In this document: one piece after another, positions 9,504 through 19,274 of the stretch
Numbering within the stretch: the stretch's first letter is position 1
Layout: each line of letters starts with the position of its first letter
The notes under the pieces: model-generated
The model's input: the letters and a program-made list of their open reading frames with translations, nothing else
The model's database searches: none
What the model was told of the DNA's origin: nothing
From: a virus
Taxonomy: Duplodnaviria; Heunggongvirae; Uroviricota; Caudoviricetes
DNA length: 64,000 bases
IMG/VR virus record: IMGVR_UViG_3300001199_000003
Coordinates: 58,537 to 122,536 of that record
Reading direction: 5' to 3' (one strand)
Position numbers and translations under genes: made by a program

Positions 9504-10475
9504 ATGAAAAACGCACTTAAATTTACACTGAGCTTGATGCTCGTTGCCTTTATGGTAGCGGTTCCTGCTCAAGCAGGGGCGATTAAAAAGATCGTTCTTA
9601 CTTCAGACAATACACTCAGTCTTAATGATGCTGTTACTGGCGCTTCAGTTGCTGAAGTTATCACTAAAGCTAAAGAACTGGACAGTAGCTTTGGTGTTTA
9701 CGCCACTATTACCGGCAAGAAAGATATCTATTTTTATCTTCGCACTCCAGGTGGATCAATTCAATCCGGCCTTGAGATGTTTGAAGCTCTTAATGGCCTT
9801 GATCGTCCAGTTCACACTATTACTAGCTTTGCAGCTTCTATGGGTTTCCAGACGGTTCAAAACCTTGGAAAACGCTATATTGTTAAAAGCGGTGTTTTGA
9901 TGTCCCACAGAGCGTCAGGTGGATTTGAAGGATCATTTGGTGGACAAAAACCGAGCCCAATGGACTCTCAAAAGAACTTCTGGGAACAACGTCTTCACGA
10001 AATGGATATGAAAACCGTAGAGCGCACTAAAGGTAAGCAAACTCTAGCTTCTTACCAAGCTCAATACGCTCCTGATATGTGGTTAACCGGTACTCAAGCT
10101 GTTGAGCAAGGATATGCTGACGAAGTTGTTCAAGTTCAGTGCGATTCATCTTTGGCCGGAGTGACTACTAAATCTGTGAATTTCATGGGTTTAATCAATA
10201 TCAACTACGACCTTGATAATTGTCCTTTAAATTCTACTCCAATGAATATCCGTATTTCTCGTATCGCTACCAATAAAGGTGAAATGGACTTTAATAAGTT
10301 TCAAGCTGCTGGCGGCGGATACGGTGTTGACTGTCTAATCGCTTCTGGTACTGATAAAACTAAGGTTTGTGCTACTAACACTTCCCTTAATGCTGAAAGA
10401 ATATATGGTCTTAAAAATGAATTCCGTAATTACTATATGGATATTAAAGGCCAAGTAAAGAACTTCAGATATTAA
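9504..10475 (+). CDS. secreted ClpP-class (S14/S49-like) serine protease
   Basis: N-terminal signal peptide MKNALKFTLSLMLVAFMVAVPAQAG. ClpP-type active-site block ITSFAASMGF. Four cysteines in the C-terminal part. Confidence 0.45.
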   Translation: MKNALKFTLSLMLVAFMVAVPAQAGAIKKIVLTSDNTLSLNDAVTGASVAEVITKAKELDSSFGVYATITGKKDIYFYLRTPGGSIQSGLEMFEALNGLDRPVHTITSFAASMGFQTVQNLGKRYIVKSGVLMSHRASGGFEGSFGGQKPSPMDSQKNFWEQRLHEMDMKTVERTKGKQTLASYQAQYAPDMWLTGTQAVEQGYADEVVQVQCDSSLAGVTTKSVNFMGLININYDLDNCPLNSTPMNIRISRIATNKGEMDFNKFQAAGGGYGVDCLIASGTDKTKVCATNTSLNAERIYGLKNEFRNYYMDIKGQVKNFRY

Positions 10476-10476
10476 T

Positions 10477-10728
10477 ATGCCACTTATTGCTTACGCATGT
10501 AAATGCGGAAACATTGACAAGAAATTCGTGAGGCAGGCTAAAGATGCGCCTGCCTCTTTCCTTTGTCCCGTCTGTAATGAAAATCAATTAAAAAAACAGT
10601 TGTCATCTCCCTCTTCTTCTAGTAAGATCACAGTAGATAATGGTGTCCAAGCTCGCGCAGTCGAGATTACGCCTGATATTATTGAGATTAACAAAGCTAG
10701 ATCCGAAAAGGATTACAGAGAGGATTAA
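10477..10728 (+). CDS. small zinc-ribbon protein
   Basis: CKCGN...CPVCN pair of CxxC motifs. Confidence 0.45.
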   Translation: MPLIAYACKCGNIDKKFVRQAKDAPASFLCPVCNENQLKKQLSSPSSSSKITVDNGVQARAVEITPDIIEINKARSEKDYRED

Positions 10729-12936
10729 GTGTTAAAACTTAAGCAACTTCGCATCAACGGCATTGCTACGTTTGTTGAAGAACAGACTATCAATCTAGAA
10801 AATCTTGGCCATTTAATTCAAGTCGATGGAGAGAACCGGAATACCGGAGGATCTTCAGGTGCAGCTAAATCCAGCGTATTCAATGCTTTGGACTATCTCT
10901 TCGGAGTCAACGATCTACCTACTACTGTCCTTCAATCCAGATATACGAAAGAACCTTTAAGTGTCATTGGAGATCTGGATTGGGATGGCCAATCTGTAAC
11001 TGTTTCGCGTTCTAAGAAGGGATTCAGTATCGAAATAAATGGAAATATTATCGAAGGATCGAGTAAGCTTACAGAAGAGAAGCTTGACGAGATTATCGGT
11101 ATGCCTCGTGATCTTTTCCGTAAGATCCTCCATAAGCGACAAAAAGAGGGTGGATTCTTTCTTAATTTCACTCCCAAGCAAATGTATGAATTTCTGACCG
11201 ATGCCTTAAATATGGCTGAAGAGCGCAAAAAGCTCGAAAAAGTTGAAGCAAAGCTTTCTGAGCTTGAAAAATCTAAAGCCGCAAAAGAGAGCATCGTTAC
11301 TGGTCTAAGATCTAGCGTAAAAGCTACTCAGGAGTCGATCCTTGCTCTTGGCCTACCTCCAGTGCGAGATATTCACCAATCGGTTATTTTAGAGCTTAAA
11401 ACTAAGATGGATGCCAGCACAGATGCTTTGGTTAAAGTCCAGGAAGGCCATAAACTAGCAAACGAGTTCTTAGATAGCCAACGACCAGTCCTTATCCCTA
11501 ATCCGACCCTGGAAGCTCCAGAACAGCTTCCTCAGCCAGAATTGATGCAGGCTACTTTAGATAATCAAGCTGAGATTGCTAGTATTGAAAATCAAATATC
11601 TGCTTTAAATAAAGAGATTTCAGAGATTAAGCAAGCTGAAGCTGAACGAATCAAGAAAGTAACAGCTTCTATTCAGGAAAGAAAGCTGAATTTGTCGGTT
11701 TTATCCCACAAATGTACGATTGCCGGTACAGCTAAAGATGAAGCAGCTAAGATTGCAGGTGAAATCAAGAGTATTCGTGATGCAATTTGCCCTACCTGCG
11801 AACAGAGTTGGGTTACTGACACCGCAAAAGTCAAAGAAGCCGAGTTTATGGCGAAATTGACTCAATATAAAGCTCAAATTCAAGAGGGCGCATCTGCCGA
11901 AAACACTATCCAAAACATCAAATCTGAGGTGGAATCGCTCGAAAAAGAGCTAAAACCTCAAGGTTTAGACGATATTTCTGAGAAAAACAATGCTTTGATG
12001 GGGTATAATTCGCAATTATCGTCCGAAAAAGACAAAGCAAACGCATATAAAGCCGAAATTTCAATTAAAAACGCCGAAATCTTGAAAAATCATGCTGAAA
12101 AGCAGAAAGCGATCAATTATGAAGTATCAAATCGTAATGCTGGTATTTTGGCTGACATTTCTGCTAAAAATAAAGCGGCTTCTGACGATTATCAGTTCAA
12201 AGTTACCGCAGTCAGAGAGACCCAGGCACGCGAATTAGATCAAGCCAGGGGCCAATCTGACGTAGATCGCAGAGCTTTTGAGGCTGCTGCTTCAAAACTT
12301 AAACTGTTCACAGATTCTTTGGCTAGATATGAGTCATCTATTAAGACAATGAGAGAGCAAGAAACAAACTATTCTTTATCTTTGGCCAAAGCTGAAGAAG
12401 ATTTTGAGTTACTTTTACAACAAATTTCAATGGCTGAAGAATTACGTAAAGCAGTGAAACTATTCATTTCTATTTCGTTCGATAGAGCTTTAGAGAACAT
12501 TGGAGACGCTGCAACTAAAATTATCCGTTGCGTTCCTACCATGTCTAATGCTACAATACAGTTTGAAGGCCAGAAAGAGACCAAAGAAGGCAAGATAAAA
12601 GAAGAAGTGAACGCCGTTATCAGTATGAATGGCGACATCGGAATCCCTATCAAGTCATTGTGCGGTGGAGAAAGATCTTCAACCGACCTAGCTGTAGATT
12701 TGGCTGTAATCGAGTTTATCGAGGAACAGACAGGTAAAGGCATAGACATCTTTATTCTTGACGAACCATTCACAGGATTAGATACTGTAGGGATTGAGAT
12801 GGTACTTGAATTTTTGAGAAACTTAACCAGCACCAAGAAACTGATTATCGTGGACCACAATCCAGAAGTCAAAGAAATGGTCAGTGATCGAATAGTTGTC
12901 GTGCGAGAAGGTAATTCTAGTACGATAGCAAGCTAG
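10729..12936 (+). CDS. sbcC: SbcC/Rad50-like SMC ATPase
   Basis: N-terminal P-loop region, a long central coiled coil with a CPTC zinc-hook motif near the midpoint, and a C-terminal FILDEPFTGLD Walker B/D-loop. GTG start. Confidence 0.65.
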   Translation: MLKLKQLRINGIATFVEEQTINLENLGHLIQVDGENRNTGGSSGAAKSSVFNALDYLFGVNDLPTTVLQSRYTKEPLSVIGDLDWDGQSVTVSRSKKGFSIEINGNIIEGSSKLTEEKLDEIIGMPRDLFRKILHKRQKEGGFFLNFTPKQMYEFLTDALNMAEERKKLEKVEAKLSELEKSKAAKESIVTGLRSSVKATQESILALGLPPVRDIHQSVILELKTKMDASTDALVKVQEGHKLANEFLDSQRPVLIPNPTLEAPEQLPQPELMQATLDNQAEIASIENQISALNKEISEIKQAEAERIKKVTASIQERKLNLSVLSHKCTIAGTAKDEAAKIAGEIKSIRDAICPTCEQSWVTDTAKVKEAEFMAKLTQYKAQIQEGASAENTIQNIKSEVESLEKELKPQGLDDISEKNNALMGYNSQLSSEKDKANAYKAEISIKNAEILKNHAEKQKAINYEVSNRNAGILADISAKNKAASDDYQFKVTAVRETQARELDQARGQSDVDRRAFEAAASKLKLFTDSLARYESSIKTMREQETNYSLSLAKAEEDFELLLQQISMAEELRKAVKLFISISFDRALENIGDAATKIIRCVPTMSNATIQFEGQKETKEGKIKEEVNAVISMNGDIGIPIKSLCGGERSSTDLAVDLAVIEFIEEQTGKGIDIFILDEPFTGLDTVGIEMVLEFLRNLTSTKKLIIVDHNPEVKEMVSDRIVVVREGNSSTIAS

Positions 12937-12945
12937 GAGAAATAA

Positions 12946-13293
12946 ATGGCCAATATGAGTATGATTGAACAAGAAATTCGGCAGTATCTGGAGGATCAGG
13001 AAAACCTGGGTAGAGCAGATCGCTATGTTCATCTTAAAGCTATATTTGATAAGCACTTAGCGATGGAAAAAACTGAACACCTATTGACAATGAGTGATTT
13101 TCACCATATTGTAAGCACTGCAAAACAGAACTTTGTTCATTTGACTTTGCCTATGACCATCTCAAACAGAGATCTAAATCCAAACGAAGCTCCTAATGTG
13201 GCATTGACAGAAGCTGTGATATCTTATCTGAACAAGGCCGGTATCCTTAGGAAATTAGTCAAAATCGACGTAACGACAAAAACAAGCAAATAG
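12946..13293 (+). CDS. hypothetical protein
   Basis: Track ORF with an RBS. Confidence 0.5.
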   Translation: MANMSMIEQEIRQYLEDQENLGRADRYVHLKAIFDKHLAMEKTEHLLTMSDFHHIVSTAKQNFVHLTLPMTISNRDLNPNEAPNVALTEAVISYLNKAGILRKLVKIDVTTKTSK

Positions 13294-13302
13294 GAGAGAA
13301 AC

Positions 13303-13518
13303 ATGGAACAAGAAGTAAAGAAAGAAACTATTAAAATGGACCCTCAATTGCGAAGAAAGGCGATGGTTAACTCTGGCGTTCTCGCTATGCAGTTTGCCAT
13401 GGTTTCATTTGTGTCATTGAAGTCTGGAGCAACATTCCTAGGAATTATTGGCCTACTAGCAACGGTTGGCACAATCAACGATACGTTAACTTTTTACTAC
13501 GCTAACAAGGAGAAATAA
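13303..13518 (+). CDS. small membrane protein
   Basis: Hydrophobic segments. Confidence 0.4.
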   Translation: MEQEVKKETIKMDPQLRRKAMVNSGVLAMQFAMVSFVSLKSGATFLGIIGLLATVGTINDTLTFYYANKEK

Positions 13519-13520
13519 TC

Positions 13521-13802
13521 ATGCGTGACGATAAATTGGAAAGTAAGGTTTTTAAACTTCCTGGTGGGAAAGAATTCAAAGAAGAAGCTGACCGTCTAGG
13601 TGCAGTTGAGCTTGAAGACTATATCGTAAGACTTCAAAAAGGTCTTGATGAGTCTCGTCTTCACAAAGAAGAAAATATTGCCCTTAAGAATGCTAGAGAC
13701 GAAGTAGCTCAGCTTTCTGGTCCATATACTGACGTTGAGAAAGCGGTCAAAATCAAGACCAAATATCTCATCGAATGTCTTAAGGAAAAAGGTAAGGCTT
13801 AA
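13521..13802 (+). CDS. hypothetical protein
   Basis: Track ORF. Confidence 0.45.
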   Translation: MRDDKLESKVFKLPGGKEFKEEADRLGAVELEDYIVRLQKGLDESRLHKEENIALKNARDEVAQLSGPYTDVEKAVKIKTKYLIECLKEKGKA

Positions 13803-14434
13803 TGGATTCAATGCGCGTACTCTCTTTAGATATGTCCTCTAAGACCGGATGGGCGTTAATTACCTCATCCGATGAGGGCTACACTCTAGTTGAGTCGGGC
13901 ATTATCGTTAAGTCATCCGAACCAGCTGGTCAGTACCCGTCTAATTACGTGGACTGGGCTTATCAGGTTTTTAACGAGATTCTAAATCTCATCAATAGGC
14001 TTGAGCCAGATGCTCTGGTTATTGAAGAAACCGTTGCAGGATCTAAGCAAGTCTATTCACAGAAGATTCTGGAATGGATTCACTTTTTGGTCGCACAATT
14101 CATTAAAAAGTCTGGAATCAAAGCTACTTACCTACTAACGGGATCTTGGCGTTCTGAAGTTGGCTGTGTTATGACCAAAGAAGAGAAGATTCGTAATAAG
14201 ACCGTTCGTGATCAGAAGAAAGCTAAAGAGAAAGAGACTGGCGTTAAGCCGATGGCTGCCTATGATATAAATGGTAAGAGGATAGGGATAGTGAACAAGA
14301 AACACGTCAACATCCGAAGAGCAAATGAGGTATTTGAAAAGTTCCTCAAAAAGCCTCTTCAGAAGAAAGATGAAGACGAGGCAGATGCCATGTTACTTGC
14401 CTACTGTTATCATTTAAGGAGAACTAAAATATGA
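13802..14434 (+). CDS. RuvC-like Holliday junction resolvase
   Basis: LSLDMSSKTGWALI (catalytic Asp block), VIEETVAG (Glu) and C-terminal DEADAMLLAY (DxxDA motif). Confidence 0.55.
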   Translation: MDSMRVLSLDMSSKTGWALITSSDEGYTLVESGIIVKSSEPAGQYPSNYVDWAYQVFNEILNLINRLEPDALVIEETVAGSKQVYSQKILEWIHFLVAQFIKKSGIKATYLLTGSWRSEVGCVMTKEEKIRNKTVRDQKKAKEKETGVKPMAAYDINGKRIGIVNKKHVNIRRANEVFEKFLKKPLQKKDEDEADAMLLAYCYHLRRTKI

Positions 14435-15399
14435 ACTATTTCAATGATGGGGACGATGACGGATCTGATTTCCGTGACATCCCTGACGAAGTAGCTGGAC
14501 AAGATGCCGGAGTTCCGCAAGTTAGAGTAAATCGACCTGCGCCTGCTCCTCAACCAGTTCAGCAACAACCGGAGCCCGAAGTGGAATACGAAGAAGAGCC
14601 TTCTGAAGAAGAACAAGAGGAAGACTTTGCGAGTATCCTAAGCGATGCCCGTCAACGTATGGAACAAGGCCGTATCTATGAGGTTCTCATGGATCACGAT
14701 CTTTTCTCTGGCCAAGGGTTTGACGAGAAAGCCGTTAAATACGTAACTAAGCAGATTCGCAATTTTGCTAAAGAGCAAATGGAGATCATGCTTGGTATGC
14801 GTTCGGAAGCACCTAAAGCTAATGTTTTCCAAGCTTCAGATTTCCCTTTTAACGATGCGGAAGTTGCAGCTCTTAAAGATCTAGCTTATGTAGCCTCTAA
14901 AGGTGCTACAGCCAGAGATGACGCACAGACCTTTACTCCTCAAGCAGCAGTTCAAGTTGCTCCGAGACGTACTGGATTGAATCCTATCGCGGTAAAGCAA
15001 GCTCCTAAACCAGCTCCAAGACCATCTGCTCCCGCAGCAAAACCTGCACCCAAGCCTTTAGCTAAACAAGCTCCAGCACCGGTAAAACGTGATCCTAAGA
15101 CAGAAGCAGCTATTGAGCAGATTCTGAGAGAAGAAGGGATTACCCGTGAAGAATATGAGCGTCAGTATCCACCTGGATACAAGCCACTTCCTAAACCGCT
15201 TCAGAATATGAATGAGCAGGAATTAGCTGAGTGGAAACGTCAAGATGCGTTAAAAACTAAAGCACAGGTTAAGAGCAGTTTCGCTATTCCTATGCCAAGC
15301 GCCGAACAAGAAGAAATGCTACATACGCAACGTGCAAATACAGCAGCTCAAAACCCACAAATGCAAGTTTTAATGGCCGCATTAACTAAGAAGAAATAG
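14431..15399 (+). CDS. acidic / Pro-Ala-Lys-rich protein
   Basis: Acidic N-terminus and PAPAPQP / KPAPKP low-complexity segments. Confidence 0.5.
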   Translation: MNYFNDGDDDGSDFRDIPDEVAGQDAGVPQVRVNRPAPAPQPVQQQPEPEVEYEEEPSEEEQEEDFASILSDARQRMEQGRIYEVLMDHDLFSGQGFDEKAVKYVTKQIRNFAKEQMEIMLGMRSEAPKANVFQASDFPFNDAEVAALKDLAYVASKGATARDDAQTFTPQAAVQVAPRRTGLNPIAVKQAPKPAPRPSAPAAKPAPKPLAKQAPAPVKRDPKTEAAIEQILREEGITREEYERQYPPGYKPLPKPLQNMNEQELAEWKRQDALKTKAQVKSSFAIPMPSAEQEEMLHTQRANTAAQNPQMQVLMAALTKKK

Positions 15400-15423
15400 T
15401 AGTAACTACTAAGGAGAAAGAAA

Positions 15424-15972
15424 ATGAGTAATCAACAGCAAGACAAACGTACAGCTTCACAACGTATCGACGATATGGAAAGAGGCTTAATGGCTCTTTA
15501 CCAAACCGCTGACAATATGGCTCGTGATCTTATGACCATTAAAGAAGCTATCAAGCTCATTGGAAATAAGTTAGATTCAGTTGTTAAAGCATCTTCTCGT
15601 GGGGAAGCTTTGAATGACGAAGTGATTGCTAAGATCATGGTAGAAAATAACGTAGAAGAACTGAAAGAAAAAGTAACTAACCTTGTGAATCAAGGCGTTC
15701 TAGTTGCCGCAGAAGAAGTTGGACCGAACAGCTTCGTTGTTGGCCGAGAAATTGATGAAAATGGCGTAGTTGCAAATCCTCGTATGCAATTCGTTGTTTC
15801 TGCTCTTGGAGCTGAAGTTAAAGATAAGTTCCCAGGCGCTAAAGCTGGCCAAACACTTGAGCTTCAAGAAGGTAAATGGAAATTTGAAGTTCAAGAAGTC
15901 TACAATATTCAGACTCCAGAACAGCAAGCTCCATCACAAGCACAAGAGGCAGCTGCCCCATCTGAATCCTAA
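15424..15972 (+). CDS. hypothetical protein
   Basis: Track ORF with an AGGAGA RBS. Confidence 0.5.
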   Translation: MSNQQQDKRTASQRIDDMERGLMALYQTADNMARDLMTIKEAIKLIGNKLDSVVKASSRGEALNDEVIAKIMVENNVEELKEKVTNLVNQGVLVAAEEVGPNSFVVGREIDENGVVANPRMQFVVSALGAEVKDKFPGAKAGQTLELQEGKWKFEVQEVYNIQTPEQQAPSQAQEAAAPSES

Positions 15973-15979
15973 TTAGGGG

Positions 15980-17659
15980 TTGGCAATGAAAAAACAAAAA
16001 AAGACTGCTAAGTCGGTGGATGATAAATCCGCCGACAGGCAGCTAGAAGTTCTATTAGCCTATATAGGCCTAGTGGAAACTGGGACATTGTTTCCGTCGC
16101 TTACTGACCTTAAAGAGGCTGGTATTACTCGGGAACGCGTTCGCCAAGGATTCAATACTTTGGCTGGATTGCGAAAATCTGCTAAACAGCAGTTTCCAGA
16201 TTCTTTTAAAGGGACTATTCAGCTAGATGACTATCTATCAGATAAAAACCTTGAAAAGTTAAACAAGAGAATTGCTAGAAATGAGCGTTTTCTTATTACT
16301 ACAGCGGTTTCCGGCCAAACAGCTCATGCTGGGTTTATGGATGCAATTAATAAGTATTGCGAAGTAAACAAAGCTAAGCTGCTAATTTTACCTTCACACG
16401 ATCCAGCTCATAACATGGATAACGAGATTGACTGGACATTTGATCCTAGAATCTCTAAAGAAGATATCATCTTTGAGGAAACAGTCCTCAATACTAACTT
16501 CTTTATCTCTGGTATCCGTGTAACAGCCAAACAGATCAATCCGATCACGGGCTTACAAGAGCTTTCCCAAACTAAGGGAAGTTTCATTTCAGCCTCTCCT
16601 AAGCAATCCTTGGAATTCGACGCAGTATCTGCTAGTAAATTCCCTCATGCTAGGATGACTTCTGGAGCCTGTACGCTTCCAAATTATTCTTCTACGCGTG
16701 GTAATTCTCAGCGTAGTTCGTACATTGCAAATTTTCAACATGTTATCGGCGCAGTTATTGTAGAAATAGTAGATGATAAAATTTATCATTTTAGACAGGT
16801 TCAGGCTAATGCTGAAGGTCTTTTCTGCGATCTTGGAGTAGAGTACAGCGCTAAAGGTGCTCGTAAGCTAGTTGGTGACGAAGCTCCAGTCCTGGTTATG
16901 GGCGATTATCACGCTGGCGAACATGACGAATCAGCTGTAGGTGCTTGGACTCAAATGATCAACCAATTGGGTATCCAAGAAGTTGTATTCCATGACATGT
17001 TTAACGGTGCTTCGATTAACCATCATGAAGAAAAAGACATTATGTCTCGCGCAGAGCGTATCCGTAAGGGTCTAGATTCTCTCGAAACAGAGCTTTCAAT
17101 TACTTCTGACGAGTTTGATCGTATTCTTGGCCTTAAATCGGTGAAGAAAGGCGTAGTTGTTAAATCTAACCACGATGACTTCATTGACAGATGGGTTCGT
17201 CCTTATAAGTTTGCTAAAGATCCGGTAAATGCCGAATTCGGTACTATTTTGGCTGCAGATATTATCAAAGCATCTAAAATTGGTCTCAAAAAAGACTTCT
17301 TTAAGACTGCTCTTGAGTTAAATGGCGCTCCAAACAATATGGACAAAATTAAATGGCTTAGTGCCGATGAAGACTATGTAGTAGGTGGAGTCCATTTAGG
17401 GGCTCACGGTGATAGATCCTCTAATGGAGCACGCGGTTCAATTAAGGGCTTAGCTCAGTCTTACCCTCGTTGCGTTATCGGCCACTCACATACGCCAGGT
17501 ATTTTTAAAGGCGCATTCCAAGTCGGGACTACATCTTTACTAAGACTAGGTTACAACAAGGGCCCGAGCAGTTGGGTGCATTGCTCTTGTTTAGTTTACA
17601 GAAATGGTCAGCGCCAGCTAATTAATTCAATTGACGGAGCATGGAAATTAAATGGATAA
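15980..17659 (+). CDS. hypothetical 559-aa protein
   Basis: Track ORF. GDYHAGEHDE and IGHSHTPG segments loosely resemble metallophosphatase motifs. Unresolved. Confidence 0.5.
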   Translation: MAMKKQKKTAKSVDDKSADRQLEVLLAYIGLVETGTLFPSLTDLKEAGITRERVRQGFNTLAGLRKSAKQQFPDSFKGTIQLDDYLSDKNLEKLNKRIARNERFLITTAVSGQTAHAGFMDAINKYCEVNKAKLLILPSHDPAHNMDNEIDWTFDPRISKEDIIFEETVLNTNFFISGIRVTAKQINPITGLQELSQTKGSFISASPKQSLEFDAVSASKFPHARMTSGACTLPNYSSTRGNSQRSSYIANFQHVIGAVIVEIVDDKIYHFRQVQANAEGLFCDLGVEYSAKGARKLVGDEAPVLVMGDYHAGEHDESAVGAWTQMINQLGIQEVVFHDMFNGASINHHEEKDIMSRAERIRKGLDSLETELSITSDEFDRILGLKSVKKGVVVKSNHDDFIDRWVRPYKFAKDPVNAEFGTILAADIIKASKIGLKKDFFKTALELNGAPNNMDKIKWLSADEDYVVGGVHLGAHGDRSSNGARGSIKGLAQSYPRCVIGHSHTPGIFKGAFQVGTTSLLRLGYNKGPSSWVHCSCLVYRNGQRQLINSIDGAWKLNG

Positions 17660-18107
17660 GATTTGCACTAAATGTCTGTTCCCTAAAGGAAAGGAGCAAT
17701 TTGCGCCTCATGAATCCTATAAGGACGACTACACTACTTGGTGCAGAACATGCCTAGGGTTACAAGCTTCTAATTGGAGTAAAGAAAATGCCGAACAGCG
17801 ACGTGAAAATCAAAGAAATTTGAATAAACGTAAGCCAGAAGCTAAGCAAAACTCTAAACTTAAGCAGCGATACGGTATTTCATTGATTGAATTTAGCGAG
17901 ATGTCTTTAAAACAGCAAGATAGATGCTTAATATGTGATAAACATAAGTCTGAGAATAAGAATGGAAAATTATTCGTAGACCACTGCTATTCTACTCAAA
18001 AAGTTAGAGGACTTCTTTGCAATGATTGCAATAAAGGTATAGGATTGTTTATGGACAATCCAGATTTATTAATGAAAGCCGTGGAGTATTTAAAAGCGAA
18101 TGGTTAA
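17652..18107 (+). CDS. endonuclease VII (T4 gp49-like) HNH resolvase
   Basis: N-terminal Cys pairs. VDHCYSTQKVRGLLCNDCNKGIG matches the Endo VII DHxxxTGxVRGLLCxxCN signature. Confidence 0.6.
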   Translation: MDKICTKCLFPKGKEQFAPHESYKDDYTTWCRTCLGLQASNWSKENAEQRRENQRNLNKRKPEAKQNSKLKQRYGISLIEFSEMSLKQQDRCLICDKHKSENKNGKLFVDHCYSTQKVRGLLCNDCNKGIGLFMDNPDLLMKAVEYLKANG

Positions 18108-18110
18108 AAC

Positions 18111-18515
18111 ATGGACAAAGCCACGGAAGATCTCAATAAATACAGTCACGTTTTATTGGATGCCCAGGTAAAACTTCAGACTATACAAGCGCACATATTG
18201 AAGATCGACAAAGATCTAGCAATGTTGACGATGGTAGAGGCAAATTTAGAAGAAAATATTAGGGTTCTAAAAAGAAGACGTGCTATAGTGATGGCTAGTG
18301 AGTTTAAAAAGTCAACAAACGACTTAGATACTTGCAGAACCAGAATGGCTTTTTTAAGAGTAGAGCGAGAAACTGTCGTTAAAAATGAAACGCAAGCCGA
18401 CGGCATCTATCAGAAAGCGCGGGAAGAGTACGAAAGACTTCTTTATTTAGTCCATAACCCGCCGAACAATGTTCTTTATGTAGATTTCGGGAGAAAAGAT
18501 GACGGACAAGAATGA
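18111..18515 (+). CDS. hypothetical coiled-coil protein
   Basis: Track ORF. Confidence 0.45.
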   Translation: MDKATEDLNKYSHVLLDAQVKLQTIQAHILKIDKDLAMLTMVEANLEENIRVLKRRRAIVMASEFKKSTNDLDTCRTRMAFLRVERETVVKNETQADGIYQKAREEYERLLYLVHNPPNNVLYVDFGRKDDGQE

Positions 18516-18720
18516 ATTACAAGAAAAAGTGCAGACGGAAGAGGATTATATCCGTGCCCCGAAATATTCAAACTCTTTGAATAAATTTGTGGCTCATAAC
18601 TCAGATGGCGTAGAGAACGCTACTATCGCAAGACTATTAATGATCCCTGAAGATCAAGTCGAAGAGATCTATCAAGAAGCGATTGTTAAGCTGAGAGAGG
18701 GCATGGTAGATGAAGATTGA
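18499..18720 (+). CDS. hypothetical small protein
   Basis: Track ORF with an HTH-like segment. Confidence 0.4.
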   Translation: MTDKNELQEKVQTEEDYIRAPKYSNSLNKFVAHNSDGVENATIARLLMIPEDQVEEIYQEAIVKLREGMVDED

Positions 18721-19267
18721 AGTCTACAGTGACGGATCAGCTACCATAGCCACTAAGCCTGGAGGATACGGATACGTGATCGTTATTGATGGCGTAAAAG
18801 TAGACGAAGGCCATGGTCACATGGAAAAGGCTACCAATAACGACGCAGAGCTAGAGGCAGCCATCCAAGGTTTGGCCAAAGTTCTGAAGATGCGAATTGA
18901 CGGTCAGATCCCTATCGGTACACACGAAGTCTTCCTAGTCTCGGATTCCCAGATCATACTTGGCTGGGCTGACGGCACTCAAAGATTCAAACAACAGAAT
19001 AAGATGGCTAAATATCACCAACTTCAACATGTTATGAGGAAGTTGAATGCTAAAACTCGTTGGGTTCGTGGTCATTCTGGCGATGAACACAATGAGCGCT
19101 GCGATAAACTAGCTAATCTAGGTAGAAAAATGTACGATGAGCCAAAAGAAGTTGTTGCCAAACCTAAGCCAGTTAAGGTATCATTAGAAAGCTTGCAGAA
19201 ACGTATTGAAGCGCTTGAGCTTGAAGTTAAAACCTTGCAACGGCAAAGATCAAACCCATTAGGATGA
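18710..19267 (+). CDS. rnh: ribonuclease H
   Basis: VYSDGS, DAELEAAI, VSDSQ and VRGHSGDEHNERCDKLA match the RNase HI catalytic motifs. Confidence 0.7.
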   Translation: MKIEVYSDGSATIATKPGGYGYVIVIDGVKVDEGHGHMEKATNNDAELEAAIQGLAKVLKMRIDGQIPIGTHEVFLVSDSQIILGWADGTQRFKQQNKMAKYHQLQHVMRKLNAKTRWVRGHSGDEHNERCDKLANLGRKMYDEPKEVVAKPKPVKVSLESLQKRIEALELEVKTLQRQRSNPLG

Positions 19268-19274
19268 TTTTTAT

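Noticed and set aside
1413-12872. Numerous 60-170-aa antisense or alternative-frame ORFs inside large genes (for example 1413..1661, 5601..6047, 10932..11294, 12369..12872, 25243..25545, 26448..26819)
   Set aside because: They are fully embedded in longer, motif-supported genes on the other strand or frame.
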